Shown piece by piece: positions 1 to 13,500 of a stretch of DNA of 64,000 bases (its first letter is position 1; every line of letters begins with the position of its first letter). Made by a program: the position numbers and the translations under genes. The notes below the pieces were generated by a model. That model was not told the DNA's origin, did no database searches, and worked only from the letters and a program-made list of their open reading frames with translations. The stretch lies in assembly GCA_043228905.1 (NCBI GenBank), contig JBHGNT010000003.1, positions 22,010,001-22,074,000 of the forward strand, in the 5' to 3' direction. This DNA comes from Azolla caroliniana (lineage: Eukaryota; Plantae; Polypodiophyta).

Positions 1-18
1 CCTCCAACACACAATGAG

Positions 19-948
19 TGTTAGAGCTTGATCCTAAAGGAAATATATTATTAGAAAATAGAGAGAAGAGAGAGAAAGAAGGGTGCCGATCCACCTGATC
101 ACCCTCGAGCAAAGGGATCGAGACACACTCGAGCCTCGATCAACGTCCCATACCACCGTTGTGGCGTCGAGTCGTACCTGGTATTGGTGCGCTTGGTTCA
201 AGAGTTGATCACCACGAGGATAGAGTCTCGATGTAGTCGATAATGTGTCAAATGAGGGTAGCTAGGCCTCATATTTATAGCTAGACCTAAGGCCCCCATG
301 CAAGTTCACACTTAGCGTTAATGGGTTGTCTCAATCCTAATGATTAAAAGTAATTCTTCCCTTCTTTACACTCCCATTTAACCCTCACACTTTATCCACA
401 TGTATAGAATACTACGGTACAATCTTACCAGGAGATATTATATGGTCATACCCGTAACATACTCCCCCTCTTTAAAACATTGCAGTCTTGCAATGAAAAG
501 TGAGGGAAGTTAGTTTTAAGAGTGTTTTCTCGTTCCCATGTAGCATCTTGTATAAACTTATCCATCCATTTAATTTTAAATTCTCGGATTATTTTGGAAC
601 ACAAATTTTTTGTTTTAACATTGAGAATTCTCTTTGGTACATGTGGTTTAGAAGATAACATACCACCGCCATGGCGTCGATGTGAGGACAAAGTTGATCA
701 CCATGATGACAGAGTGTCAACGTAGTTGATAATGTGTCAAATGAGGGTAGTTAGGCCTTATATTTATAGCCAAACCTAAGGCCCCCATGTAAGTTCACAC
801 TTGGCCTTAATGGGTTGTCTCAATCCCAAGGATTAAAAGTAATCCTTCCCTTCTTTACACTACCATTTAATCCTCACACGTTATCCACGTGTATGGAATA
901 CTATGGTAGAATCTTACCACGGGATATGATATGGTCATGCTCGTAACA
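19..948 (-). mobile_element. Internally deleted Ty3/gypsy (chromovirus-type) LTR retrotransposon: truncated 5' LTR (948-~659), chromodomain remnant, PPT, complete 3' LTR (459-19)
   Basis: The 5-bp TSD ATGAG lies at 14-18 and 949-953, and the termini are TGTTA...TAACA. Segments ~149-459 and ~659-948 are direct repeats, about 90% identical by eye over the distal ~220 bp. A polypurine tract AAGAGGGGGAGTA abuts the LTR start at 459 on the minus strand. ORF 446-691(-) reads REFKIKWMDKFIQDATWERENTLK, a chromodomain-like motif. A TATA (CTATAAATAT) is on the minus strand near 271-281. Confidence 0.88.
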
Positions 949-1179
949 ATGAGGGACCACAAACCCTAAGAAAGAAAAGAAGAAGAAGAGAAACAAACCC
1001 TAATTGTCTACCTAGAAACAACAAAATGATGACCCCTCAAACCCTAATGTGCCCAACCTCCAAAATGGGCGACCCAAAATAAGCCCTCTTTCCCCCTTTT
1101 TATAGAGGAAAAGAGGCGCCTATTTTGGCATTTAATGATTTAAATATTCCCTTGGTCCGTATAAAAATGTTATTTTAAA

Positions 1180-1249
1180 TGCGCTAGCAGAGACTCGAAC
1201 TCTGCACCTCTCTGTACCCACTTAGCCCTAACCACTATGCCACTGACAC
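1180..1249 (-). other. tRNA-like sequence (tRNA-derived SINE head or tRNA pseudogene) with Pol III A and B boxes
   Basis: The minus strand reads GTGTCAGTGGCATAGTGGTTAGG...GCAGAGTTCGAGTCTCTGCTAGCGCA. It has an A box (TGGCATAGTGG), a T-arm CAGAG-TTCGAGT-CTCTG and a partial acceptor stem GTGTCAG/CTAGCGC. There is no convincing anticodon arm. Confidence 0.55.
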
Positions 1250-1789
1250 TCATTTATTATGCATATATTTACATATTTATTTGACCTATTGTAATGTGTG
1301 TCCAACCTCTTTTTCCCACTTTTTCTCATTGTGGACACGCCACATCACGACAACAAATGTAAGATAATGTCCAACGAGCAAACGACTGAGACAAGTGACG
1401 AATAATAGAATGGAGTAAAGACAGAGAAGGTGAACGAAGAACAATGAAGAGGGAGATGAGACTATATAGAATCCAATGCACCCAATAACTGGTGTTAAAC
1501 TTCTTGAGGAAAACTAGATGAGTACAGTCGTTATATACAACCAAGTATGCAAGAGGTACGCCATGAATGTGTGCTATCTCTCACCTCTCTATGCAACATG
1601 CTGCCACTTTTTTAGCATCAGACAACCAAATATAAACTATTCCATTTCATGTCTAGCATCACATTGGTAGTGACAGTATGCCATATATCATCCAAGCACA
1701 CAATGAAGGCAAGATTATGGTCCGCCAGGATGGTTGCAATCCAATCAGTGGCAAGACCATCGAATAGGGATTTCGAGTCCATGAGACAA

Positions 1790-3985
1790 TAGAATTAAAG
1801 GTGCACATTGTAATTTGGAACTACAATAGAGCACTTTGGACACACTACAAAGATCATGGAGGGACGAGATATGCTCATCTATAGAGGGGGTTGAGTACAT
1901 GCCTCGAGTTCAATGCTTTCTTGAAGGACAGAGGTATTATCCATCAATGCATCACTCCATACACATCACTCATGGAGATGGCAAGGTGCATGCTCAACGG
2001 TAAGAACCTACCTGATAAGTTTTGGTTGGAAGCTGTAATGTGTGCAAACTATGTTTTAAATAGATGCACCCCAAAAGCAATAAAAACTATCTCTCCATAT
2101 GAGGCTCGGAATGGTCACAAGCCAATTGTTGGTCACATGAGAATATTTGGAACTACAATAGAGCACTTTGGACACACTACAAAGATCATGGAGGGACGAG
2201 ATATGCTCATCTATAGAGGGGGTTGAGTACATGCCTCAAGAGTTCAATGCTTTCTTGAAGGACAGAGGTATTATCCATCAACGCATCACTCCATACACAT
2301 CACTCATGGAGATGGCAAGGTGCATGCTCAACGGTAAGAACCTACCTGATAAGTTTTGGTTGGAAGCTGTTATGTGTGCAAACTATGTTTTAAATAGATG
2401 CACCCCAAAAGCAATAAAAACTATCTCTCCATATGAGGCTCGGAATGGTCACAAGCCAATTGTTGGTCACATGAGAATATTTGGAAGCTTGGTTTATGCA
2501 TTTGTGCCACAACAGCCGCTCAATAAGCTTCAAGACAAAGCAACCAAATGCATTTTTGTTGGCTACAGCAATGAAAGCAAAGGTCATCAGGTGTTTCAGC
2601 CCACTACCGGTAATATCATCATCAGCTGGGATGTGATATTTGCTGAAAATGCAGCTCAACCTCTTGTGGATTGCTCCAAAGAGATAGTTCTTGATCAACC
2701 AAATGCATTTGATATATTGTTACCATTGCTCATGTGTGTGTGAAGGTAATCGACTAAACCATCCTCATGGAGGTAATGTGAAGGTTTTGCATCAGCAACA
2801 ACATGCTCCAAACAGAGATGTAGAGAAGCCAAACAATGCTCAAATTAATCTCTTGCAACAGTCCAATGTGGTTGAAAATGAGCAACCAAACATTGTTGAT
2901 AAATGATGATTTATAGGTCATTAATCAACATGATGTTGATATGGAATTGGAGGAAGAACAAGCATATTCTAAACAAGCAAAAACAGTTCCTATATGGCTG
3001 ATTAACACCCTTATGGAGAGTAAACTCACATCTCCTCTTCAAGGTAAAACCTGGTCAACCAATCAGCAAGCTGAACTGCAGTATGTGCATTGTGCTCTTA
3101 TTGCTGATATTTGTGATGAGAAGCCATTCTCTCTTGCGGATGCATTAGCGCATGACCATTGGATTGAAGTCATGAAATTAGAACTTGAGTCCATCCACAA
3201 GAACAACACTTGAAAGTTATGTGATCTACTTAAAGGTAAAAAAGCAATTGCCACCTAATGGATTTACATAGTCAAGCAAAATGTGGAAGATAGCCTTGAT
3301 CATTTTAAAGCAAGACTTGTAGCAAAAGGCTGTTCCCAAAAAGAGGGGATAGACTATGAAGAAACCTTCGCCCCCATGTCAAGGATGAATACAATCAGAG
3401 CTACAATTGCCACATCTGCAAATAAAGGATGGAAGATTGACCAATTGAACACTAAAGCCACCTTCTTAAATGGAGATTTAGAAGAAGAGGTTAATGTAAC
3501 TCAACCTCCAAGTTTTTTCTTTAAAGGTGCAGAAACTAAAGTTTGTAGGTTACTTAAAGCTTTGTATAGCTTGAAGCAAGCACCTTGTGTGGAATGCTCA
3601 TATTTTTCAACTTGGTTTTGTGAACAACCCAACCGAAAGCACTCTCTATGTTTGAAAGGATGGAAAAAAATTACTAATTGTTGTGCTTTATGTTGAGGAT
3701 TTGCTAATAACAAAACCTAATGAGCACAGAATTGCTGATTTCAAAGCTTATCTTAGTTAGACATTTGAACTTATAGATCTTGGTCATCTCATTACTACCT
3801 CAGCATTCAATTCATTATTGTTGAGGGTGGCCTTTTTGAGTCAACAAAAGTACATTTAGAAGTTCCTACAATGATTTAGGTTTGAAGAGTGCAAGCCAAT
3901 CTCCACTCCTGTAGGAGCAGGCTTCAAATTCTCATGTCAAGACAAAGGAGAACCAACCAATGTACTCTTATACCAGCAAGCACCA
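1790..3985 (+). mobile_element. Degenerate Ty1/copia retrotransposon pol remnant (integrase and reverse transcriptase), frameshifted; boundaries approximate
   Basis: Integrase motifs LMEMARCML...FWLEAVMCANYVLNRC and KCIFVGYS are present. RT motifs KARLVAKGCSQKEGIDYEETFAP and KALYSLKQAP are present, with YVED at the YVDD position. The order integrase then RT is the copia order. Multiple stops and frameshifts. Confidence 0.93.
1813..2486 (+). repeat. Near-perfect tandem duplication (~332/334 bp) within the copia integrase
   Basis: 1813-2144 is repeated at 2145-2478. ATTTGGAA occurs at all three junctions (1813, 2145, 2479). The ORF track shows the same peptide twice. Confidence 0.95.
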
Positions 3986-3999
3986 ACCTTTCCGCTAGA

Positions 4000-4427
4000 C
4001 ACAATCATTCACTTTACTCATGAACTATCAAGAATTTATAGTCAACATGTCCAACAAGGATGCTACTATCTAGATCCAAACACATCCTTCAATGCCTGCA
4101 CCTCCAAACTCTCTACTACACTCCATACCTTTGCCATCAATAGTTTTCCTTACAACACACTATCCGGATGCCACATTCCTATGAATATACCCCAAAATTA
4201 TTTGTATGAAAAGGGGCACAATCATTCACATTACTCGTGAACTATCAAGAATTTATAGTCAACATGTCCAACAAGGACGCTACTATCTAGATCCAAACAC
4301 ATCCTTCAATGCCTGCACCTCCAAACTCTTAATACACTTTACACCTTTGCCATCAATAGTTTTCCTTACAACACAATATCCAGATGCCACATTCCTATGA
4401 ATATACCCCAAAATCATTTGTATGAAG
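4000..4427 (+). repeat. Tandem duplication of a ~217-bp unit
   Basis: CACAATCATTCAC...TTTGTATGAA starts at 4000 and again at 4217, with a few substitutions. Confidence 0.93.
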
Positions 4428-4668
4428 AGGTAAAGATGTTAATATTCTTCTTTCTTTCTTTTTCTCTATGTAGAAGGTGTGTGCTCAACTAAGTTATTTT
4501 GTCATGTGAATTCAATCTATCTAGAAGGATGTGAAAGGCATTAGAAATAAGGGATGGATGATAAAAAATTTCTTATCTCTGTTGACATATACTGCATGCA
4601 AATGCCTGTCTTGTTTAGTCATTGGGATGTTTTTCTTAAAGATATTTAAGTTGTGTTCCATTTTTCAG

Positions 4669-4757
4669 CCTTGGAAGAATGGCGTAAAAAGAAGCTAGAA
4701 GAAGCAAAGAGACGCTCGCAGATAATAAAGTCACAGGAAGAGGATTATATTACATGA
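4669..4757 (+). CDS. Putative terminal coding exon (…LEEWRKKKLEEAKRRSQIIKSQEEDYIT*) of a gene whose upstream exons lie outside the window
   Basis: A pyrimidine-rich acceptor (TTCCATTTTTCAG) ends at 4668. An open, charged, helix-like frame runs to TGA at 4755-4757 and is followed by T-rich 3'UTR-like sequence. No upstream exon was found in the window. Confidence 0.5.
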
Positions 4758-6989
4758 GATATTTCTGGTTTTAAGGACATTATTCAGTAAGGAATCCTAG
4801 TTTTGTCTGGTAAGGGGTGTAATGTTTTAAGGCAGTGAAGGGATAATTAGTTTGAAATATAGCTGTATGGTATTTCCATTCACATTACCATTGGTCTTAT
4901 TATAAGTATGCTATGGTATGGTGGTACACATGGCGAAGATGATCTTATCGAGGGCTTTGTTTGATGGCTATCTGTGAAATAAGCCTTTGTATGACAGATA
5001 ACTGTGAATCACTAGTTGCATTTTCCTCCACATTACCATTGGTCTCATCATTAATATCACATCATATGAAAGTGATGGTTATAACAGATGGTGAAGTTGA
5101 TTGTATTTTCTTATGGATATGAAGTTTTCAATAGGGCAATTTAGTCTTTCTTGGTGAATATATTTATGTTCTTATGTATGAATATCATCCTCCAACAACC
5201 GTCTAACATGAAGGTTATGCATGGCAAAACACAAATATTGAAAGCAAGTCCAAGAAACCCATTGCAATGGCTAATCTCTCAGTAGTGTGTTGCATTAGTC
5301 ATTGCTGTGTATCTCCCTTTGATTTCCATAGATTTCCCTTTTTGTCTTTTTGCATTGGTTTTATTTAACAGCATAGCCATAAGAGGTTAACAAGGTTTAT
5401 CAATTTTATGCTTACATTCATCCAAATCCCCCGTTGGAACACTGTTAAATTGTCCTCTTACCTTCTTGGTACTCTTTCCTTGACCTTTTCCGCCAGGAGC
5501 AGTTTCAATTTTGGTCATCTGGGCATGTTGCTTGTTCTTTGTGCTGTATTTGCAGATGCCATTATGTGATTATCATCTCACAGGTTGAACGCCTTCAACA
5601 TTTGTGATGTGCACAACATTGTCTTTGATAAACTCATTGTTCTTTTCAGTTGCCATCGTTTTTTTATTAGATCCTTTTTCAATAATCCTCTCTTGCGTGT
5701 TGTCAAAACTATTCTTAATTCGACGTGAAGAATAGCTTGGATTCTATTTATGATGGGGAGGCCAATGATAATGCTTGTAAGCTTGTTTATTTGATGTGAA
5801 TCCAGCAAATCTATTTTTTATGTTGATACATCTGTTTATGTAAATTCTGAAAAAGCACTCGCAAAGCAATGCCACAATTGTTGCCTTTACATTTAACTAA
5901 TGAAATCCAGTTTTTAAATGTCAAGGTTAAATATATTTATCTCCTTTTTATTCAACATTTCTTTTAATCGCGTTCTTTTGCATGTATCTTATGCACACTT
6001 GTCGATTCCATTCTCATTTTCTTTTGTAATAAGTTTCCATTAACCTTTATATATATTACTTGGGATATATTAATATTAGAAGATTTTTATCATTTTAAAT
6101 CTCCACAACCAACGTATGCTATATTGCTGTTTTACTAAGATTGGTTCGTGCAAGGTTTCTTTTGGTAACTTATTTGTTGATGATTAGTCCTTGTTAGCAT
6201 TTCTAATTGTTTGCCTCATCTAGCAAGTTGTAATTTCTACCTAGTCATCACTAGTATTAGTTCACTTGAGTTGTGATATATTAGGAATACCCTTTGCAAC
6301 CTACGTTAAAGTTAAGCTCAATTAGCTCATGTGGTCAAGATTACCAAGTGATTAGGATGCTCTTGGTCATAAACTTCTATGGAATGTTGCAGTACCGCAT
6401 GCTAACATCGATAATTCATTTATCCATGATTGACATAGGGGTTGTGGTTATGCATTTGGTACAGTTTTGTTGCAAGAAGGATAATATCATGCATAACTAT
6501 CTTCATGGGCTTAGCAATATGGTGTGTCTCTTTGTGATATTGAATTTGGAACCTATTAGTAGAACTTAACCATTAGGTTAGTCACGAGGAGAAATGTCAA
6601 GTGGGATGCTCTCTTGGATTACAATGATGAACTATACACTTGACACATCCCCCACACATCCCACAAAGGATATGTAATAAGACACAATACCATCTTCATG
6701 AGCATATTCCAACCAACCGAGTTATATTCTACAACACTAGTTATATTCCCACACCAACCCAATGAGATCAACGTGTTGTTTAGAGAGCTTCAAACTAAAC
6801 CATTCAAACATGAAAATGAAGACCTCAAGAAAATAAATTTAGCTCCCACATAGAAAATGAGAAATCCTTTTCGAGGAGAGGCAATCACCCAAGGATTTCT
6901 AAATACCAAGTATTGTTTGATGACTCACTTTTTTGGGTCTCTCTTGGTTTGTGTTTGGCCTTAAGGATAACCCACACATTATGTACAAT

Positions 6990-7990
6990 AATGAGCAACT
7001 TGAATATGTGGAAACCTTTAAACACCTTGGCTTTATGTATAATGCATTATATGGAATGAATGTGTGACTTGCCACCTAGAGGTGGGAAAGAGAGCATATT
7101 ATGCATTCGAGAACACATGTAATTATGGAGAAATAAAGTGTTGGGTCCTTAAAAAATACATCTCATTGCTTCTCTATGGGGTGGAAGTATCGGACTATAG
7201 CATCCCTAACTCCACTTGGAAAGAGTTTCCCAAAATTAAGAAACAAACATCATACACCCTCCTTGAGACATTATCACTTCCAATTGAGATCATGGCCATG
7301 GAAAGGGTTGTCAAATACATGCTTAATGTTCAAAAAGTCCATCCATTACATGAACTTCCAAGACTTGGATGTGAAGCAAGACAAAATATCCAAAAGACAC
7401 AAGCAAAATTTTGATTTCCCATTGAATACAAGATATGGAAACATGGTTTGGAAGATGGAACGCAACATACTTGCATCATGATGCATCAATAGATTCCTTT
7501 GTAAATGAGGCATTTTTCCAATATCAATAAGGAAAAATGAATTATACTATAAATGTTGTACTATAAATGATGACGAGGAAACCACACACATCAATACATG
7601 CTACACCCCATGCCATTGTTTACCATGCAAACCATTGCTTACATATCTCATAGCTCACACTCACTACGATGTGAGAGAGGGTGTTGGGGCACAAGTGATG
7701 AGAGTAATCATACTTTGCTTAAACAAGTTCAGGAATCTAGGTATCACATTTTGATACAATGCTCTACCTTTGACCACATAAGTTTATGCTTTCCACACAT
7801 CTTCGACCAAACTCAATCCTTGCAATGAATTTCTCTCACAATCACATTGTGCACACTCCTTTGTGACATTCATAGTGAAGTTCTTGAACATCGAGAGTCG
7901 CTCACTTTCACGTGTATTATGTGAATATGTTATATTTTTTGTCTCATAGGTCATGAATATCCGATAATAAAATCTCTCTCTCTCTCTCTC
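6990..7990 (+). mobile_element. Degenerate 5'-truncated non-LTR retrotransposon (RTE-like LINE) 3' portion
   Basis: Broken frames carry YVETFKHLG, LLYGVEV and a C-terminal LRCERGCW...HILIQC zinc-knuckle-like segment. The element ends in AATAAAA plus a (TC)n microsatellite tail at ~7965-7990. Confidence 0.7.
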
Positions 7991-10900
7991 ATATATATGT
8001 ATTAAATATATAATTGTTGTGATCATGAATACAATCATAAAAAGAAAGAGCTTGAAAACTTCTAACGTTTTTTATATGCATGGTACATATATATAAGTAA
8101 TTATTTTCTTCTATATTAACATTATAAAGTATGTATAACTTTTGACAATATATTTCTAATATAATTATAATCTAAAAGATGATAATGATAATAATGTGTG
8201 AGACGATGACATGGCATCCATGTTTATCCACCATATTGTAACTAGTGATAGCATTGTTTACAAGGTTTTATGAAAGTATTAGTGCAAAAGCATTATAGAA
8301 ATTGTATTGATGACTCACCTTGATGGTATTTGTTGTTGGGTTTCGTTCGTGGGTATCTTTTATCATATTTGTGCACAATGCATTCCTCCAATATGTTCTT
8401 AGAGATAACATTCAAAAGGTGTGTGTTTGAAACCCCTTTTTTTTTTGCTTTTGAATGTTGTGTGTGATAGAATAGGTTTAAGAGTGATGAAAAGTTTTCA
8501 GTAGTTATTTTAGAAAAGTGTACAATAATATGAAGTGCTTATCCATGATGATCCATGTTTAATATTAATCTTAGGTCAATTCTATTATATGCCACTTCAA
8601 CTCTTTATTGCGTCTGTTCTTCTTTAGTGAGTATGCATTTTCTATACAATTGCGTTTATAAGGTTTTCTGTGTTGTTCTTGATTACTTTTAATATCTTCT
8701 TCTCAATTACTTGCTATAGGGTCTAATATGCAAATTGTTTCCATCGTAAGTAAAAGAGATGCTAGAATAGGAAAATGGAACTGAGCCATAAATTATATTA
8801 ATATTATAGATGCTATTAAAATATCATAAGTTTATTTAATAAATATGGGTTTTGCAAGATATTATTGAGATATTACTATATGGGCACATGGTAAATGAGG
8901 AGTCTTAAGCAATTGTTGAAAAGGTGTCCAAATTTTTAAACATCGAAGACTATGAAAAAGCTTGAAAATAAAGTCAATAAACAAATCTATCGTGGATTGA
9001 GACAAGCATATTGTAGTTGCCATCTTAGATATTTAACCATTCTATTCAAATTCCCTCAAGCATGTTAGGAGGCACCATTGAACTTTGTAATCTTTTGATT
9101 GACTCGAAAGGAAAATGGATGTTTACTATTTAGATGATCACATGACAACCTATGACACGATATACATAAATTATTGAGGATCCTGATGCATCGATAAGAC
9201 ATGCATATACACATGTCATTAAGCATTGTGATGATTGTAGTAATACATCAATAAGTTTTCAGGAAAATAATAGATCAAAAGAGGGATTGTTGCTTAGGGT
9301 CACAAAGAATACAAAAAATTGGAAAGTGTATTTGTGATAAAGGGACACAAACATGAGCAATGAGCAAAAATATGAAGATTTTATTTATACTTTCTAATAT
9401 CAACAAAGTTTTATGTGGTAGTTGGCTTTGATGCTTTCCATTGAATAGTCAACTAAAGGACAAATATTCCTAGAGTATTATTTTATTTGTTGACATATCA
9501 AACCCAAAGCAATGCAAGATAGATGTTTCGTTTTTGGGAGCTATCTTGGCATGATATGGTAGTTTTATCATCTAACGATACGAACCAATTATTTATAACG
9601 CAATATTTCATCTCCGTGGAAGAGAGAAGGCCTCAAAAGCCGAAAATGCAAGCCATCCATTAAAAGCATTCGATTATCGCTATCAAATACAAGATTTTTG
9701 GTTGTGTGCAAAAAGAACTTGATGGCATAGCATCTATAAAGTGGTAGAATCTCATAATGTTTTTAAAATAAAACTCTCTCCAAACTTCAGAGAAGGTTTG
9801 ACTAAGTTGTACTTGTTTTACAAATAAGACATAACATATAAGCAACCTATTGTTGAACTTTGTATTGTATTGTATTATATAATGATGTTTTGAATATTCA
9901 AAAACCCACACACTCTGGAACAATGAAAAGAGAGCAAGTCCCATCCAGAAAATGAGTGGTAAAACCAACCACCTATGGCAACATGGATAACTTGTGAGAC
10001 AAGAAAGCAATAGATCTTGATTGCAATAGGGATTACCCTCGAACAAATCCTCATAATTTATCTAAATGTTATTTTCTGGTTATTGTTTTAGCCAAATATT
10101 ATGGAACTCGAGTTGCCTGAATCATTGTATGAAAAAGATGATTGCATATCAATGTAGTTATAATTTTAATTATTTTCTCACAAATTTAACATAAAAGACA
10201 ATGTAAAATAAACAAAATGTCTAGTGTGTGAGGTTCTTCCACGTCTCATACCATGAGACAAAAGCAATAAGTGTGTAGCTTGGGTTTGCCCATGGAAGAT
10301 ATAACCCTCCCTACAACTAGATGCATACAATAAGAAGGATTTCATAGTAGGGTAGAGCACACTCTTATATACCAATTAACCTTGGTCCTTAGGTATATGT
10401 CTAAACCACACCATCAAATTTGTGCTAAGTTAAGAGCCATCCATGAATTAATGGGCATATTGAATAAATTAATTTATTGCTTTTGGAATAGCACTTGAGG
10501 TTGATCAAGTGAGAGGGAGAAACCAAATTGACTCTACTAAAAATTTCCTTCATGCAACTAACATGAATGGTAAGATGAACAAGTAATGTAAGATAATAAG
10601 GTGATGACAAGTCGATCCAATTTTAGCATCATAGGAACCATAAATCTAAGGATCCAATTGTTGTACATGTGCCAATATTGACATCTTTGAGCCTTATAGA
10701 GCTCACAAAATATTGACCTAGTAAAATTTCATCTCGTGAGAATGTCTCTACCTAAGAACATTAAGTCTAAGAAAATCAAGTTAAAAAGAACTTTAGGATT
10801 GCTAAATGCCACAATTAGTTTTTGTTAATAGGTTGTTACAAACCATGAAGGTTGGTGAGGAATTTACGACGACCATGAAGTTTGCTAATATACAACCACA

Positions 10901-13500
10901 TGAAAGCTACTAGACAACACTTAGTAGACTGAGATTGTCATATTGGGGATGCAATTAACTTTATTTTTAATTTAAAAGGAGAGATATATGAGCATGGTAG
11001 ATCATGATTGCATCTTGGGATGCAATTAACTTGATTGTTAATATAAAGGGAGACACATGGGCAATGTATAGCCTCACCGCATCTAGTGGACATTGCCCAG
11101 TAGGTTACGAGATTTTATATATGGGAATGCATGTTACTCTAATTCTCTCTTATGGTTGGAAGACCCAGTTATCCACAATAAGTGTGAAATCTTGATATTG
11201 AGCATGTTTTTGTCAACCATGTGCAACGTGTCATCCTCTTTTCATGCTTTCATTTCGTTTATGTCACTCCTTTTTCAGTCGAATATATGAGCAGGTCCTT
11301 GGATAAGTATTAGGTACCTTATACTTTGGGACAATAAATGTTGAAGTGTTGGGACGATAGCAAAAGTAAACTTAGGTAGGTAGATGTCGACCAAACTTAC
11401 TTTGTGAGTGATAACATTGACTGTACCCATATGGACAGACATATATAGCCCTCCCTCATCCTAGGGGTCCTACCAATGTACCCACCAGCAAGACCAAGGA
11501 TAAGGATAAGGTCAATAGTTGTTCAAACAATGTATTTATGGTATAAATCTCTCAATAATTTACTCTATAGTAATCTTTTTTGTAGTTCCTCATTCAAATC
11601 ACGAGTTCCTACAAGTAAACGAGAGGTGTTTAAAAAGTAAAGCATTGGACAAAGTTATTCACACGCATTGAACAAAGGGTTTGGATCTCAATACTTGGTT
11701 GACATAGGAAGTATTGTTCTTGAGCCAAAGATTAGATTATTGTTTGAGCACGGTTTAAATTGAGGTTGATGGTGAAGTGACGATAGAGGGCATGAAGTAA
11801 TCATTTCATTACAGAGATTCATCAAATGTTTTTAGTATGGTATTTTCATGTGTAGTGAAGTGGACCTCACTTTATGCAACAATTTGGATGTTTGTTAATT
11901 TTGGGAATCCAAAGGAGTGGAGAATTGATCATGCATGCACTTAAAAGTTTGGCAAGTAAAACATTACTTCATGAAGAAACAAATTAATTCATGAGGTTAT
12001 TAATTTGTACAAGCTTGTAAATGTGGTAGCTTTGACGGTTTCCACTTGTGACAACTAAATTGGTTTATCATTAACATTAGAATAAATCGTGTTCCCAAGT
12101 GGGTGGAGTGACCCATGTTTTTCCAAATCGTGGATTGTGTATTGTTGATAAGACAATATTCTAGCTTAAACCTTCTTCATAAAATGAGTGCGCCAAACAC
12201 TAGTTTATTGAAGCTAAGTTTAGAAGAGCATTAACTATGCAAGATTGTGTTGGCATGTATGTGTTCATATCAAGGCATTTTATTCCTATTATGGACACCA
12301 TATTAAGACGTCTTAGCTAAACATTAAAACCAATATATTCTCTTACTTCAAAAATTTTAACATTGTGTTTCAAAGTTGACAATATTTTGTTTAGAGAATC
12401 CTAGATTTAATTGTAAATCCTATATATGGAGACCACAAATTAGAGATGAAAAAATAGCAAAAATAACTACATGTTTTGTTTGAAAATACTTGAGTTATTT
12501 TTAGTGGAGCATTTTATTTGAGGCTAATATTCATGAGTAGTTTTCACCATACATCAAAATCACCATTAAGTTGTTTACTAATATTACACAATCTTGTACT
12601 TTAATTATAATATCTGAAATTGTTGCAAATTAGAGGTGTTGCATTCGATTACACAATGTCTTTTGTAATGGTTTTGTACATCTTTGAAATGTGTGGTCCA
12701 ATGAAGATGTTATTTCTAGCATTGAATCCATGAATGTGTGCATCTAAAATTTCAATTTCAATTATGTGTGTATGTATGATGTGTGTGTGCCTTAGTGTGC
12801 CTCATGCATGTCACCAAGGTTTTATACATAAATTAAAGGATTAGGTTTTGATATATTACTAACAACGAAGCATGATGATGTAATAGCAATATAGTTGATC
12901 TCAAATAATGTAATTGAAGCAGAGTTGTGTAGACACTATGTATTTATATTAGCATTACATTATATTAAAAATTTATATGGTAGTTCAATCAAATGAGTTT
13001 TTGATAGCATAACATTGTTTATGACCTTGTATATGATCAATCCATGTATATAATATCTTATTCCTTCAAAAACACATAAAATTCGTTAATGATATGTACA
13101 ATGGGTATAACACATATTGATGATAATTTCTAACGTTGCCTTTATGTAAAGTTGTTAGGTTGAAACATGAATGGTTGAAAAGAAATTGTGACTTATATAA
13201 CATGAACAATAAGATATTCTTATTGAAATAACCAGTCATACATAAGTTCCTAGGGTAACATGCCATCACATGTTAAAGAACAAAGTGACCCCATTGTTTT
13301 ATGAGGTATACCAAAGCATTTTGACATCCCAACTCTACTTATGACGTCACGGTTCAAATCTTAAAAAATGACTATGATGTTGGGTAAACTCATTATAATC
13401 TCTAATTTGATATCATTGTACCACTAACCATTTGCTCCTAAACATTTGGCTTTAGACATTCACTTTCCATTGTCAAAGGCTTGATTAAGATAACATTGCT

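Noticed and set aside
8200-13400. AT-rich stretch with hints of a decayed DNA-transposon (hAT-like) transposase
   Set aside because: I could not confirm any TIR, TSD or convincing conserved peptide by eye. It needs RepeatMasker or TBLASTX.
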